Both the position numbers and the translations under genes were made by a program. A stretch of 64,000 bases of DNA, taken from the IMG/VR virus record IMGVR_UViG_3300029309_000002; one strand, 5' to 3'. The notes under the pieces were generated by a model that searched no databases, was not told where the DNA came from, and was given only the letters and a program-made list of their open reading frames with translations. The stretch is from an uncultured virus (IMG/VR IMGVR_UViG_3300029309_000002). Lineage: Duplodnaviria; Heunggongvirae; Uroviricota; Caudoviricetes. This document shows positions 29,146 through 39,046 of the stretch, one piece after another. Each line of letters opens with the position of its first letter. The first letter of the stretch is position 1.

Positions 29146-29278
29146 AATATTTTGGTTTTTTAATTATTAAAATTGGTTTTTTATCATATATACATATATA
29201 ATATAAATATTTTTTTTCTGTAAACCTTAAAAATTTTAAATGATTTTAAAGATATTTTGTAGTATATAGCTATCTATA

Positions 29279-32041
29279 CTATTCCTCTTTCTTTTTCTTA
29301 GATTTTGGCGCTGGTTGTACATCATATCTATTCTTATTCTCTCTTGCAACTTCTAGATTTTTCTCAGCAATCTGTCTTTGTGTAGCTAATTTTTCTCTAT
29401 CAATAGCTAACTTAGATTGTTGTGCAGCATTCTGTACAGCAGTTTGTTCCTTTTTAAAGTTCATCTGCTCTCTATACTCATCTCTTTTACGCATATCATC
29501 CATAGCATCTTTAAAGTCACTTTGCATATTTTGATTAATATCCATTTGTGCACCATAACCAGAAGCTCTAATCTCAGCAACAGTAATATCTTTCTGTCTT
29601 TCAGCTTCAGCTTGTTGAGCTTGGAACTGTTGAGTCTGTTGTAATTGTTGCTGCTGTGCTTCAATTTGTTGTTGTTGCATAGCTTGCTGACTCTTCATTT
29701 CATCTTCTTTAGCTTTCATTTGCTTAGTCTCAGCATCTTTAAGAGTATTAGTAACTTCAGCAATGTTAGTTGCTTTAATAATATTACCAAGATCATAGAT
29801 TGAAGCTCCAGTTGTATTATTAGTAAGAGCCATTTGTTTTAATTGATCAAGAATTTGTCTATGATTTGTTTTAGTTGTACAGAATACATTAAAATCTCTC
29901 ATTAATAAATCTGTACCATTTATTTGAAAGTTAACTTTTTCTGCTTCAGAAGTAATATAACTTAACCTAAGAGAAGGATTAGTACTATGATAATACTGAG
30001 CTAGGTCAGTTCTCATTTGATGTACACGTGGCATTAAGTGATCAGAGTGTTGTATAAAATACATTTCAGTCTGTGCATATGACTGATTCATAGCCTGTGT
30101 AACTCCTGTAGCTGTTTGTTGTGCTATAGCACCACCTAAACGTTGTGGATTAATACCAATAGATTCAAAAGCTTGTTGTTTAAAATGATTAGCTAATTGT
30201 ATCCTAGACATTAATCTATTTGTTTGTTCTAGATTTAATGTTTGATAATGGTTAAAGTTTGTAGCATTTTCAGTATTAGTAATAGAAGTATCTAATGGCA
30301 TCATACCAAAATCCTTCATTGCTACATATGCTTTTGCTAAATTATTCTTACCCCAATCTTCACCCATTGAATGACGTGGTAATGCATTTTGATCAAACAT
30401 AATAACAGTTCCTAGTTCATCCACTAAAATGTCTGCTATTTGATTATTAACCATATTATAACCTATTTGATATGGTTTCATTAAATCAATTAATGATGTA
30501 GACTTTGTGTTTCTATCTGAAAATACTCTACCTTCTACTGGTAACTTACATCCATATAAAGAATTATTACCTTTAAACTGATAATCTATTCTACCAGGTT
30601 TAGTTTTATTTATACCTAAGTAAATAGGCTGTTCTTCATTTGTATCTTTTCTCCATGATGAAGGAGCATTAGGTCCTATTTTTACACCACCCCAAACTTC
30701 ATTAATCCAAAACCAATCTATATGTTCACCCTGAAGTAAATTATCTTTTGTTTTTTGAGTATATGCTTTTGTATTATAAATACCTTTTTCAGTAAGTTTG
30801 TATTTATCATCTACAATCTCCTGTATTAAATCACCATCTTCAGTAATTCTTGTTAAATGACCTACACGTCTTTGTGTTTTCCAATATACTGTTGTAACAC
30901 GCATCATGTTCTCATCACCCCAATGTCTTATATCATCTCCTTCTTGCAGTATCTGTGCTACTACATCACCACCATAATTAGTTCTTATATCTCTATTTGC
31001 TAATAATTGCCTATATGCTAGTCCTGGTTTTTGTGTATTCCATTCATGAGATCTTGTAGCATCATAATAAGATCCATCATTTTGTTGACCATTAATAAGA
31101 TATTTAGCATTTGAAGCTGGATATATACGTTCTAAAGATTTTAATTGCTTCTCATTCATTAGATAACCATAGACATCTATAACATCTGCTACAGACATCA
31201 TATCACATTTACCTACAAAGTTTGAATCAGATATATATCTTGAGTCAGGTGATTTTTGATAGAATGTTAATGCAGGATTCCATAACTCTATTTCATAATC
31301 ATCCTCCATCATACGGAAATGCCAAAACTCTCTATCACAAATAAGCATATCTTTAAATGCTCTTTCTTCAAGTTCTTGCATTTTAAATCTTTCTTCATCA
31401 ACATTTAATTGATGATGTGCCCACTCCTCAACCATACTTCTATAATCTTTTGCAAAAAAGTCTTGTATTTCAGGTAGCGTTTTTAATTTGTCTGGTGACA
31501 GTTGTTGTTGAAACTCTTCATCTTCTGGATTACCACCAGCTTGAATCATTTTAATCATTAATTGATTTCTAGCATCAGTCAATAAGTTTTCTTCTACCAT
31601 CATTCTTTTTTGCTCTAACATCTCATTGTAAGATGTATCATCAACTGCTCTAAACTGTACTTTTGCAAATCTCTTAGAAAACTCTCCTACTAAAACATTT
31701 ACAACATTTGGTATTATAGGATAAAATTTTAACTCTAATGCTGTTTCATCTTCTTTTGTTAGTATATCAATAAGATCACTATATTCATTATTTTCTTCTG
31801 CAATATAATCTGTTTTATCAATTATACCTTTTGCTAATTTATAATTTTTTAAAATACCTCTAGCATTGTCTCTTAGATAATCAAGACCCCTTGTTTCATA
31901 CCAATCTAAATTCCAAGATGTCCACTTATCATCTTTTTCTTTATCAAGTAAAAATTGAATTGGTTGAGTTAATGTTGCAGAAACATGAGCACCTTCAGCT
32001 TTTGCTCCATTTTTTAATTGCATTGCGCTTAATACTTTCAT
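29279..32041 (-). CDS. Portal protein
   Basis: 920 aa after TerL; FYPIIPNVVNVLVGE, SLIDLMKPYQIGYN, Q-rich coiled-coil C-terminal barrel. Confidence 0.85.
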   Translation of the reverse strand: MKVLSAMQLKNGAKAEGAHVSATLTQPIQFLLDKEKDDKWTSWNLDWYETRGLDYLRDNARGILKNYKLAKGIIDKTDYIAEENNEYSDLIDILTKEDETALELKFYPIIPNVVNVLVGEFSKRFAKVQFRAVDDTSYNEMLEQKRMMVEENLLTDARNQLMIKMIQAGGNPEDEEFQQQLSPDKLKTLPEIQDFFAKDYRSMVEEWAHHQLNVDEERFKMQELEERAFKDMLICDREFWHFRMMEDDYEIELWNPALTFYQKSPDSRYISDSNFVGKCDMMSVADVIDVYGYLMNEKQLKSLERIYPASNAKYLINGQQNDGSYYDATRSHEWNTQKPGLAYRQLLANRDIRTNYGGDVVAQILQEGDDIRHWGDENMMRVTTVYWKTQRRVGHLTRITEDGDLIQEIVDDKYKLTEKGIYNTKAYTQKTKDNLLQGEHIDWFWINEVWGGVKIGPNAPSSWRKDTNEEQPIYLGINKTKPGRIDYQFKGNNSLYGCKLPVEGRVFSDRNTKSTSLIDLMKPYQIGYNMVNNQIADILVDELGTVIMFDQNALPRHSMGEDWGKNNLAKAYVAMKDFGMMPLDTSITNTENATNFNHYQTLNLEQTNRLMSRIQLANHFKQQAFESIGINPQRLGGAIAQQTATGVTQAMNQSYAQTEMYFIQHSDHLMPRVHQMRTDLAQYYHSTNPSLRLSYITSEAEKVNFQINGTDLLMRDFNVFCTTKTNHRQILDQLKQMALTNNTTGASIYDLGNIIKATNIAEVTNTLKDAETKQMKAKEDEMKSQQAMQQQQIEAQQQQLQQTQQFQAQQAEAERQKDITVAEIRASGYGAQMDINQNMQSDFKDAMDDMRKRDEYREQMNFKKEQTAVQNAAQQSKLAIDREKLATQRQIAEKNLEVARENKNRYDVQPAPKSKKKKEE

Positions 32042-32161
32042 CTATTCTTCTTCTTTATAAATTATTGTATCTTCTGGATAGGAATCATAAACATAAATAT
32101 ATTGGAGATGACTATAAGGAGAATCATCATCAATTGAAGTTGTAGTTACCCATTCATACAT
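32042..32161 (-). CDS. Small acidic hypothetical protein (39 aa) between terL and portal
   Basis: MYEWVTTTSIDDDSPYSHLQYIYVYDSYPEDTIIYKEEE; starts 1 nt after the terL stop and abuts the portal ATG. Confidence 0.45.
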   Translation of the reverse strand: MYEWVTTTSIDDDSPYSHLQYIYVYDSYPEDTIIYKEEE

Positions 32162-32162
32162 A

Positions 32163-34352
32163 TTACTTAATATTTTTAAAGGGATTTCTCCTTTTTTTAT
32201 TTTTTGTATATTTATTATTCCGCCCAATATTACTAAAAGGTCTCATAGATAATTTATACAAATTTTGGGAATTATCCAAGGAATCAAGTGATTTATCCTT
32301 CTCTTTACGTTTTATATAGCCTCTATTAGCTTGTTGCATCTTAGCAAATGCAACTAAAGCAGCAAATGAAACTAATCTATCTACGTTTAATCCTGGATAA
32401 TATTGCAACATTTCTGTTATCAACATTTTATCAGGTATCCTTTCAACACCATATCTTGTTTTTATAACATCACCATTATCATCTGTATCCTCTTCAATAG
32501 CTTCTCTAATAAATTCTATAGCATAGGATATAAGATGACTTTTAAATAATGTACCTGTATTTTTCCATCCATATTCTTGAAATACATTATTATTAGATCC
32601 AAGATCTTTTAAGAAAACCATTTGTGATCTAGGTACAAGATACTTTTGTTTTCTTCTTGATATCATATACTGTATAAATAAAGAAATATTATTCTCTACT
32701 ATAGTCCAAGCATTATACCACTCAATAATCATTTCTAGTTGCTCGTGTGTTTTATTTATATCATCATATCTACCACACCATGTAGCTACTATTTTATCAC
32801 CTTCTACAAAAGTTTCTAAACCTTCTAATGTTTCTTTTGTTACTTCAACAGGATTTTTATAAACTATAATACTACAAAGTGAATCTGATGTAGTTGTTTT
32901 ACCTTCTGAGACAGGGTCAATAGAAGCATAGTAAGTTCCAAAATTAGGATTCTTTATAGGTCTTTCCCATACAGTAAGTACACCACCTTTATCCTCTCTT
33001 TTTTTATTTACAGGAAACTCTGAAATTGGTAATCTTTTAGACTTAGTAGCACTAATACCTTTTTTATCTCTTTCTAGTTCTAAAAACTCATAAGAATATT
33101 GTTTATCTTCTATTCTTTTTAATTGTTTAGATAAAAAACTTTGTGGGAATATGGATGCTTTTCTATATGCAAATGCTTCTGCAATATTTGTAGGTTTCTG
33201 AGATATACGCAATTGATACTGTTCAGGATCTAATTCACGTTTCCAATCAGTTCTTTCTATTTTTATTGCATCAAGTGCATCATTAATTTTAGAGTTACCA
33301 TAATTATCTATAAAGGGAGGCATAGACCATTGCTCAGGTATAAACAAACCAGCTATACCTATTGTTCCTTTATCATCCATAAGATCTGTTTCAATACCTA
33401 ATATACCATTTGCTTCAGGATTCATAATCATCCTCTTCAATGGTTCACACTGATCAAGATCACCCACTGATCCAGCAGCTATAAACTGTCCTGTTGTCAT
33501 CATACCGGATGACATAGCTGGTCTAATATACTCATAAGTTTGATCCATTTTAGGCGCAATACCTGCCTCTTCATGAAAGAAGTATGTACAAGGACCACCA
33601 ACACCTGTTGTTGCATTTTTCTCAAATGATGCACCTTGTATTTTAGATCTAAGACCTCTTTGTGTTTTCCTATTATCTATTCTTACTTCAATCTTCTGCT
33701 CCCATAGTAAAACTTTATCTGGATTATTTGGTCTGTACCATGCTGTATGTTCATTTAAAAATGTAGCATACTCATCTAAAAACTTCCAAGATCCTTTATC
33801 ATTAATATAATCTTTTAGTGATGCTCCAATCTTACATATAGATCCTTCTTCAAACCAATACTGATTTATAATTTTTGCCATATGGAAGTAAGATGATGCT
33901 ATCTGTCTTTTTTTAAGTATTGCTGCATGTTTACTTTGTAACTCTCCAAGTAATTCATATAATGCCATATGATATTGTGCATCTCTTACTTTAGCAAAAC
34001 CATACTTCTTTTCTTCTTTATCAAAAATTGGTAAGAAGTTTAACCACATATAGTAGTCTCTGGTTATATACCAAGCTTTATTTTTATTAATAAATATAAC
34101 ACCATTTCTACATTTATTTTTTTGATCTTCCCAATAAGTCATAAAATCTTTTGATCTCATTGGTTTATCACAATAAAAACCTTGTTTATTAAACAATGTA
34201 GCTTGTTCATTAAATAAATAAGAAGTCTCATCAAAAAGATACTGTCCAGGAACTTTAAAGACCTCATTAACAAAATCAATGAAGTCTTCTAAAGTTTCAA
34301 AATCAGTAATGGTCCATTTACCTTCTTTATATGTAGGAATGGATTTATACAT
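32163..34352 (-). CDS. terL: Terminase large subunit
   Basis: 729 aa; ILKKRQIASSY (Walker A-like), YFFHEEAG (Walker B), YASIDPV (RNase H-like nuclease), IVENN, NVDRLV. Confidence 0.9.
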   Translation of the reverse strand: MYKSIPTYKEGKWTITDFETLEDFIDFVNEVFKVPGQYLFDETSYLFNEQATLFNKQGFYCDKPMRSKDFMTYWEDQKNKCRNGVIFINKNKAWYITRDYYMWLNFLPIFDKEEKKYGFAKVRDAQYHMALYELLGELQSKHAAILKKRQIASSYFHMAKIINQYWFEEGSICKIGASLKDYINDKGSWKFLDEYATFLNEHTAWYRPNNPDKVLLWEQKIEVRIDNRKTQRGLRSKIQGASFEKNATTGVGGPCTYFFHEEAGIAPKMDQTYEYIRPAMSSGMMTTGQFIAAGSVGDLDQCEPLKRMIMNPEANGILGIETDLMDDKGTIGIAGLFIPEQWSMPPFIDNYGNSKINDALDAIKIERTDWKRELDPEQYQLRISQKPTNIAEAFAYRKASIFPQSFLSKQLKRIEDKQYSYEFLELERDKKGISATKSKRLPISEFPVNKKREDKGGVLTVWERPIKNPNFGTYYASIDPVSEGKTTTSDSLCSIIVYKNPVEVTKETLEGLETFVEGDKIVATWCGRYDDINKTHEQLEMIIEWYNAWTIVENNISLFIQYMISRRKQKYLVPRSQMVFLKDLGSNNNVFQEYGWKNTGTLFKSHLISYAIEFIREAIEEDTDDNGDVIKTRYGVERIPDKMLITEMLQYYPGLNVDRLVSFAALVAFAKMQQANRGYIKRKEKDKSLDSLDNSQNLYKLSMRPFSNIGRNNKYTKNKKRRNPFKNIK

Positions 34353-34619
34353 TTATTCTTCTAATATAACCATTATAGCATGGTCAAACATAATCAAATG
34401 TGTTTCACCATCATGTTCCATTTCTCTAACAGCAGATTCTTCTAACCACTGTACAAAATCACCTACTTTGATTTCTTTTACTAATCCACCTACAGCTACT
34501 ACAGTACCTTGCGGAACCTGTATTTGTTGTTGTTCTGGTAGATATATACCACTATTTGTTGTTTCTTTTTTAGGGAGTCCTTTTACTAATACCCTATTTC
34601 CAATTGGTTTTACTTTCAT
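34353..34619 (-). CDS. groES: Co-chaperonin GroES (Cpn10)
   Basis: MKVKPIGNRVLVK, mobile loop TTNSGIYLP, GTVVAVG, KVGD. Confidence 0.9.
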   Translation of the reverse strand: MKVKPIGNRVLVKGLPKKETTNSGIYLPEQQQIQVPQGTVVAVGGLVKEIKVGDFVQWLEESAVREMEHDGETHLIMFDHAIMVILEE

Positions 34620-34641
34620 AATATTGATTTTAAATTATTAA

Positions 34642-35160
34642 TTACATTTGATCATAAGCAAGTCCTTGACCTCCACGGACAGAACTCTTTTGTTCATCTT
34701 TCATATCATTATATGCACCTTTGAATGACTGTCTTATTTGATCAAACTTAGCTGCAGTATTAACTAGTGATGTTAAGTTACCATCTCTACCATGTTCAAT
34801 AGATGTGGTTTCCATATATCTTGCTAGTCTATCTAACATAGATTTGATACCTTTATATGCTCTAAATGTTGGTGTCTGATATAAATCTTCACAAAATCTT
34901 ACAGCATTTCTTATTGGCTCATCTTCTGGAGATTCTTCAAGTTGTATCTCATCTATAATTATTTCTTCTTTTTCATGTTCAGGCATGTTAAAAAATGGAT
35001 TCATATCAGGATCTGGACATGTCATATAAAATATATACAAATATACTTCCATATATGTATCAGGATACTGATCCATAATATTCTTTAATGTTTTCATAGA
35101 ATAACAATGCTCTGATGGTATTACCTTACCATTTTGTACATCAAATAGTTTTGCTAACAT
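34642..35160 (-). CDS. Hypothetical helical protein, possible terminase small subunit
   Basis: 172 aa, two genes upstream of terL; ends ..VRGGQGLAYD; position only. Confidence 0.4.
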   Translation of the reverse strand: MLAKLFDVQNGKVIPSEHCYSMKTLKNIMDQYPDTYMEVYLYIFYMTCPDPDMNPFFNMPEHEKEEIIIDEIQLEESPEDEPIRNAVRFCEDLYQTPTFRAYKGIKSMLDRLARYMETTSIEHGRDGNLTSLVNTAAKFDQIRQSFKGAYNDMKDEQKSSVRGGQGLAYDQM

Positions 35161-35987
35161 AAGGGATTATCTTTTATCCACATTATTAAAGATCTTATTT
35201 CATCTTTTAAATATGGTAAGTCATACATTTTTATATCTTCTAGTATTGGTTCTCCTTGCTCATTATATTCTACAATAGGATATCCATACTTATCTTCTCC
35301 TTTCTTTTTAAAAGAAACATGTTGTAACACTAATTTTCCAGGTTTAAGTTTAGGATTATGCTTTAATATAATATACATATATAAACTTAATTGTAAATTA
35401 TAGTGATTTAAGTTACAATCATCAAGGTGAATTAAAGGTTTAAACATTTTTGATGTTATACCTTCCCAATTTGTAAATCCTTTTTCTTTTATTTCTTTGT
35501 TAGTTTTATAATCAGTTATATTTACTTTACCATTAACAATAGTAACTAAATCTGCTTGACCACAAATACATGCTGATTTTAAATAAGCAAAGTGCTCTGG
35601 ATATACACCATCACTTAATTTTTGATTAGGAGCTATTTTATAGCCATTTGAATCAGTTAATGGTCTTATGATAGGTACCTCTACTCCTTCACGTTCTATT
35701 GTCTTAAAATCAAGTAATCTATCTTCTCTTTCATTATGATACCAATTACCTAAATCAATAGCACGTTTAGTTTCCTTTTCCCAGATCTCTATAATCTCTT
35801 CAGGTTTTAAACCATACCATTTAGATCTTTTATTCTTACAAGCTTTTTTTGCTACAGCATCTCTATCAAATTTAGGTTTAAACTTTGAAATAAATGAAGT
35901 TACACTTGTCCAATTTATTTGATCTTTTTCTAGATTCTCATCTAAACTTTCATATATATGTCCTTTTTCTTTAAATACTACCGGCAT
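35154..35987 (-). CDS. PD-(D/E)XK family (RecB/Cas4-like) exonuclease
   Basis: SVTSFI, GNWYH, GQADLV...ITDYKT, YNLQLSLY motifs. Confidence 0.8.
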   Translation of the reverse strand: MPVVFKEKGHIYESLDENLEKDQINWTSVTSFISKFKPKFDRDAVAKKACKNKRSKWYGLKPEEIIEIWEKETKRAIDLGNWYHNEREDRLLDFKTIEREGVEVPIIRPLTDSNGYKIAPNQKLSDGVYPEHFAYLKSACICGQADLVTIVNGKVNITDYKTNKEIKEKGFTNWEGITSKMFKPLIHLDDCNLNHYNLQLSLYMYIILKHNPKLKPGKLVLQHVSFKKKGEDKYGYPIVEYNEQGEPILEDIKMYDLPYLKDEIRSLIMWIKDNPLC

Positions 35988-36321
35988 CTTCTGAGTCTTT
36001 TAAGTTACCATTAAAATTTTGTTTGTTAAGTTGTTTTTCTTCTTCTTCTGACATAATTGCTTTCCATTTACCTTGAGGACATGATGATGCTAATGCTCTT
36101 AATTTAAAACCTAAACTACATCCACAGTCAGCACAACAAGGTTGTGTTTTAGGAACGGCACAATTTAATCCATGTCTATCTAAATGTTTACATTTTAAAC
36201 AATGAGACCATCTATCTTTTGCTATATCTTCAACATATTCTTTTTTCCAGATCTTATTTTTAACACCATCAAAAACTTGATCTATATGTTTTACAGCATT
36301 TAATAATTTACCTATTCTCAT
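35971..36321 (-). CDS. Cys-rich hypothetical protein
   Basis: CLKC, C..CCADCGC, SSCPQGKW; probably metal binding. Confidence 0.6.
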   Translation of the reverse strand: MRIGKLLNAVKHIDQVFDGVKNKIWKKEYVEDIAKDRWSHCLKCKHLDRHGLNCAVPKTQPCCADCGCSLGFKLRALASSCPQGKWKAIMSEEEEKQLNKQNFNGNLKDSEDAGSI

Positions 36322-36679
36322 TTTTCCAATTTTTTTTAATTAAGAGTTCTTCATCCACACGTGCATTAGCTTTTTCTAATTTTTGTAGTTTTTCTTTTAC
36401 TGGTAAATGTTTACCATATCCAGAATACGTAGTTTTTTCCATATTACCTAACATATCCTTATGTCTTTTTATAGATTTTTCTAATCTATTCTTTCTTAAA
36501 ATGAAAGTACCAAGATTTGGTAGGAGGACTCTAGTATTATCTAGTTCCTCTAGATTCTTTCTAATATTACCGTAAAAGAATCTAACCAACTCTTCTACCA
36601 AATCTGGATGTACCTCACATTTTAAAGCTATTTCCTTGAAATAACTTTTGTAATTCTCTGGGTATAGTTTATTCTGCAA
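36308..36679 (-). CDS. HU/IHF-like DNA-binding protein
   Basis: Two helices then RVLLPNLGTFILR, an HU/IHF-type motif. Confidence 0.6.
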   Translation of the reverse strand: MQNKLYPENYKSYFKEIALKCEVHPDLVEELVRFFYGNIRKNLEELDNTRVLLPNLGTFILRKNRLEKSIKRHKDMLGNMEKTTYSGYGKHLPVKEKLQKLEKANARVDEELLIKKNWKNENR

Positions 36680-37022
36680 TACTTAAAAATTTAAAGTCTA
36701 AGAAAATAAGACCTTCATGTTGTAAATTCATATCTTCTATAATTCTTATCTTTTTACCATCCTTAATAACTAAACCTTTTAATTTAGCTTTTTGGATAGC
36801 ATTCCTACAAGATTGAGGACTTTTAAATATACCATCTTCAGATATTAATTCACAAAATTCAGTTAAAGTAACACTACCAAGTTTTGCTAACTTACTTAAA
36901 CAACTAAGATCAGCAGGACTTATTTGAATATTATTTAAAAAACAATATGTCAAAATCTGATACTTAACAATATCAGTATTACTTAATTTTACTTTCTTAT
37001 CAACTTTAGTTACTACAGCCAT
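36669..37022 (-). CDS. Putative winged-helix DNA-binding protein
   Basis: 117 aa; SPQSCRNAIQKAKLKGLVIK resembles a recognition helix plus wing. Confidence 0.5.
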   Translation of the reverse strand: MAVVTKVDKKVKLSNTDIVKYQILTYCFLNNIQISPADLSCLSKLAKLGSVTLTEFCELISEDGIFKSPQSCRNAIQKAKLKGLVIKDGKKIRIIEDMNLQHEGLIFLDFKFLSIAE

Positions 37023-37630
37023 GTTTTTGCAATGTCTTTACTTTCTATTAAAGTATAAGTAAAACTATTACTCCATGCAGCTCTTGCTTTTCTCATGATC
37101 TTCATAAATTTAGTCCAATCATCATTTGCTGCTATTACTTGACAACCTGCTGACCATTTATCTACTTGTGTAGATTTTTTACCAGCCCATTTAGTTGCTC
37201 TATGTATATTAATACCAAATAAACCCGTCTGAGTTTTATCATTATTTAAATTATAATACTCATCTCTATTATTATCTCTATACACAGTAACATCTCTACA
37301 TTGTCCAAGTGCTTCATATCTACCTTGATGTTTTCTAATTTTATGAGATCCACGATATTGACCTTCTTTTAAGATAGCCACACCTTCCTTTCTCATAATA
37401 TTCTCAACCCAATGGGTTCCGGGATCTGTTGTACAATCCATTTCATGATACTGCCATTCACCATCAACTTTATAAGCAAGAGTCATAGTGTCATCAAATC
37501 TGTTAGTTACAACATTTTTAGTATCAGAGTTACGTACTCCAATAATATTAACATTATAGTCTCCAGATTCAAAGTAACGGTAACCTTTTCTCACCACCGC
37601 TTCTTTAATTTGTTCTCTACTATACTTCAT
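37013..37630 (-). CDS. L,D-transpeptidase (YkuD)-like cysteine enzyme, candidate endolysin
   Basis: GINIH-x16-SAGCQV matches the YkuD H...SxGC catalytic pattern; TTDPG upstream. Confidence 0.65.
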   Translation of the reverse strand: MKYSREQIKEAVVRKGYRYFESGDYNVNIIGVRNSDTKNVVTNRFDDTMTLAYKVDGEWQYHEMDCTTDPGTHWVENIMRKEGVAILKEGQYRGSHKIRKHQGRYEALGQCRDVTVYRDNNRDEYYNLNNDKTQTGLFGINIHRATKWAGKKSTQVDKWSAGCQVIAANDDWTKFMKIMRKARAAWSNSFTYTLIESKDIAKTWL

Positions 37631-37931
37631 CCGCTACTTTTTTAAGTTTTCTCTTAGAAACCTCACCTTTGTCAACATTATTGTTTGATCCTGGCACAGG
37701 TGGTACTTGATTAGATACTTCAGCTTGTCTTTGAGCCATTGCTTGAGCTATGTAAACTTGAGCTTGAATTCTTTCAGCTCTAGCCTTTTCAATATCTCTT
37801 AGCAAGTTCTCATATTCTAACTGAATTTTAAGATGCTCAACGTTCTCTGTATAGAACTGAGTAATCTCTTCACGCTTTTGAGCTAATTGTTCCTCTGATA
37901 ATTCTTGAGGATTTGCATTTTGATCTGCCAT
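37620..37931 (-). CDS. Coiled-coil hypothetical protein (start re-assigned to MADQNANPQ)
   Basis: The longer track ORF runs through an AT-rich region holding a TATTTTTG promoter element (37971-37978). Confidence 0.6.
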   Translation of the reverse strand: MADQNANPQELSEEQLAQKREEITQFYTENVEHLKIQLEYENLLRDIEKARAERIQAQVYIAQAMAQRQAEVSNQVPPVPGSNNNVDKGEVSKRKLKKVADEV

Positions 37932-38035
37932 TTTGATTTTTTTTAAGTTAAACAATAGTTTATTATATAACAAAAATACAAAAAATAAATTAAATAAATT
38001 TACTTTTAGCAAAAAAAATCAAAAAAGTTTAGATT

Positions 38036-38701
38036 TTAGTGATATCCATTAAGTAATTCAAGCAGTTCATCTATAGCTCTATGTCTATGTGAATCTTCTA
38101 ACACAGTTTTAAAAACATGCTCTGAGTTTACTAGTTTTGACATATCATGATATGCTGACCAGTTCTTATCTTTAAGATCTATTTGATATGAATCACCACA
38201 AAATAATATTTTACTGTCTTTACCTAATCTTCCAATAGCCATTGCTAGCTGACTTCTAGTTAGGTTTTGGAACTCATCTACTATTACAACAGAATTATCA
38301 AATGTGCGGCCTCTAAAATGCGCCAGAGAGACTAATTCTATCTTCTCTTCTTTCTCCATCTTTTCAAGTATTAAAGGTTTGTTGTATACCTTACGCATAT
38401 TTGATCTAATAGGTACTAACCACGGTTCCATTTTTTCTTTTTCAGATCCAGGCAAAAAACCATTATCTTCAGTAGATATTGTAGGGCGTGTAATTATTAT
38501 TTTATTAAACTGTCTTTTGAAAAATTGATCTAAAGCTATTTGCACAGCAAGTAAAGTTTTACCACTACCTGCTTTACCAACTATAAAATTATAAGGATGT
38601 TTTAGTATTTGTGTTTTAGCTTGCTTTTGTTCATCAGAAAGTGTTATTGAAAATCTTATTGGTCCTTTTGGTTTGGCTTTTCTTTTATTTTCTACAGCCA
38701 T
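38036..38701 (-). CDS. phoH: PhoH-family ATPase
   Basis: GKAGSGKT, IIITRP, GFLPG, FRGRTF, VDEFQN, RLG, GDSYQID. Confidence 0.92.
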   Translation of the reverse strand: MAVENKRKAKPKGPIRFSITLSDEQKQAKTQILKHPYNFIVGKAGSGKTLLAVQIALDQFFKRQFNKIIITRPTISTEDNGFLPGSEKEKMEPWLVPIRSNMRKVYNKPLILEKMEKEEKIELVSLAHFRGRTFDNSVVIVDEFQNLTRSQLAMAIGRLGKDSKILFCGDSYQIDLKDKNWSAYHDMSKLVNSEHVFKTVLEDSHRHRAIDELLELLNGYH

Positions 38702-38717
38702 ATATAAACATTTTAAG

Positions 38718-38990
38718 TTATTTTAAGTACATGTCTCTTAAGACAATACATTTTTCAAAATCATCTTGCTCTGCAAAATAATCTATAATTGCTAAAACTT
38801 GTTCTTTATCAGGTTTATCAGATAAGTCATGTGCCATAACCATACCTAAACCATCCTCATCCATAAAGTCTTCAAGTTTTAGTTTATTTGTTAAAAGAAG
38901 GAATGAGTTTAAGTTAGCTACGTGGACTAATTCATTTTCAGCTTGTAACTGTTCTAGTTCAGTCATTTTGTTAAACTCATCAAATTTCAT
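38718..38990 (-). CDS. Hypothetical protein with C-terminal UVR-like helical motif (start re-assigned to MKFDEF)
   Basis: YFAEQDDFEKCIVLRD; TAACTTTG promoter element at 39011-39018 lies within the longer track ORF. Confidence 0.55.
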   Translation of the reverse strand: MKFDEFNKMTELEQLQAENELVHVANLNSFLLLTNKLKLEDFMDEDGLGMVMAHDLSDKPDKEQVLAIIDYFAEQDDFEKCIVLRDMYLK

Positions 38991-39046
38991 TTTTATTACT
39001 TTTTTAGTTGCAAAGTTATACAAAAAAATATAATCCATGCAAATAT

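Noticed and set aside
28718..29170. 150-aa plus-strand ORF and the other short antisense ORFs (e.g. 874-1077, 2931-3185, 12262-12582, 34279-34641, 46370-46708, 58557-59021, 61403-61744)
   Set aside because: Shadows on the opposite strand of well-supported genes, with the Ser/Phe/Ile-rich composition expected from antisense codons
32163..34352. Intein or intron in terminase, helicases or primase
   Set aside because: Lengths are ordinary, motifs are contiguous, and no HN/C splice junction or LAGLIDADG motif was seen
35154..35987. Cas4/CRISPR adaptation gene
   Set aside because: Generic PD-(D/E)XK nuclease without the four-Cys Fe-S pattern, and no cas genes or array nearby
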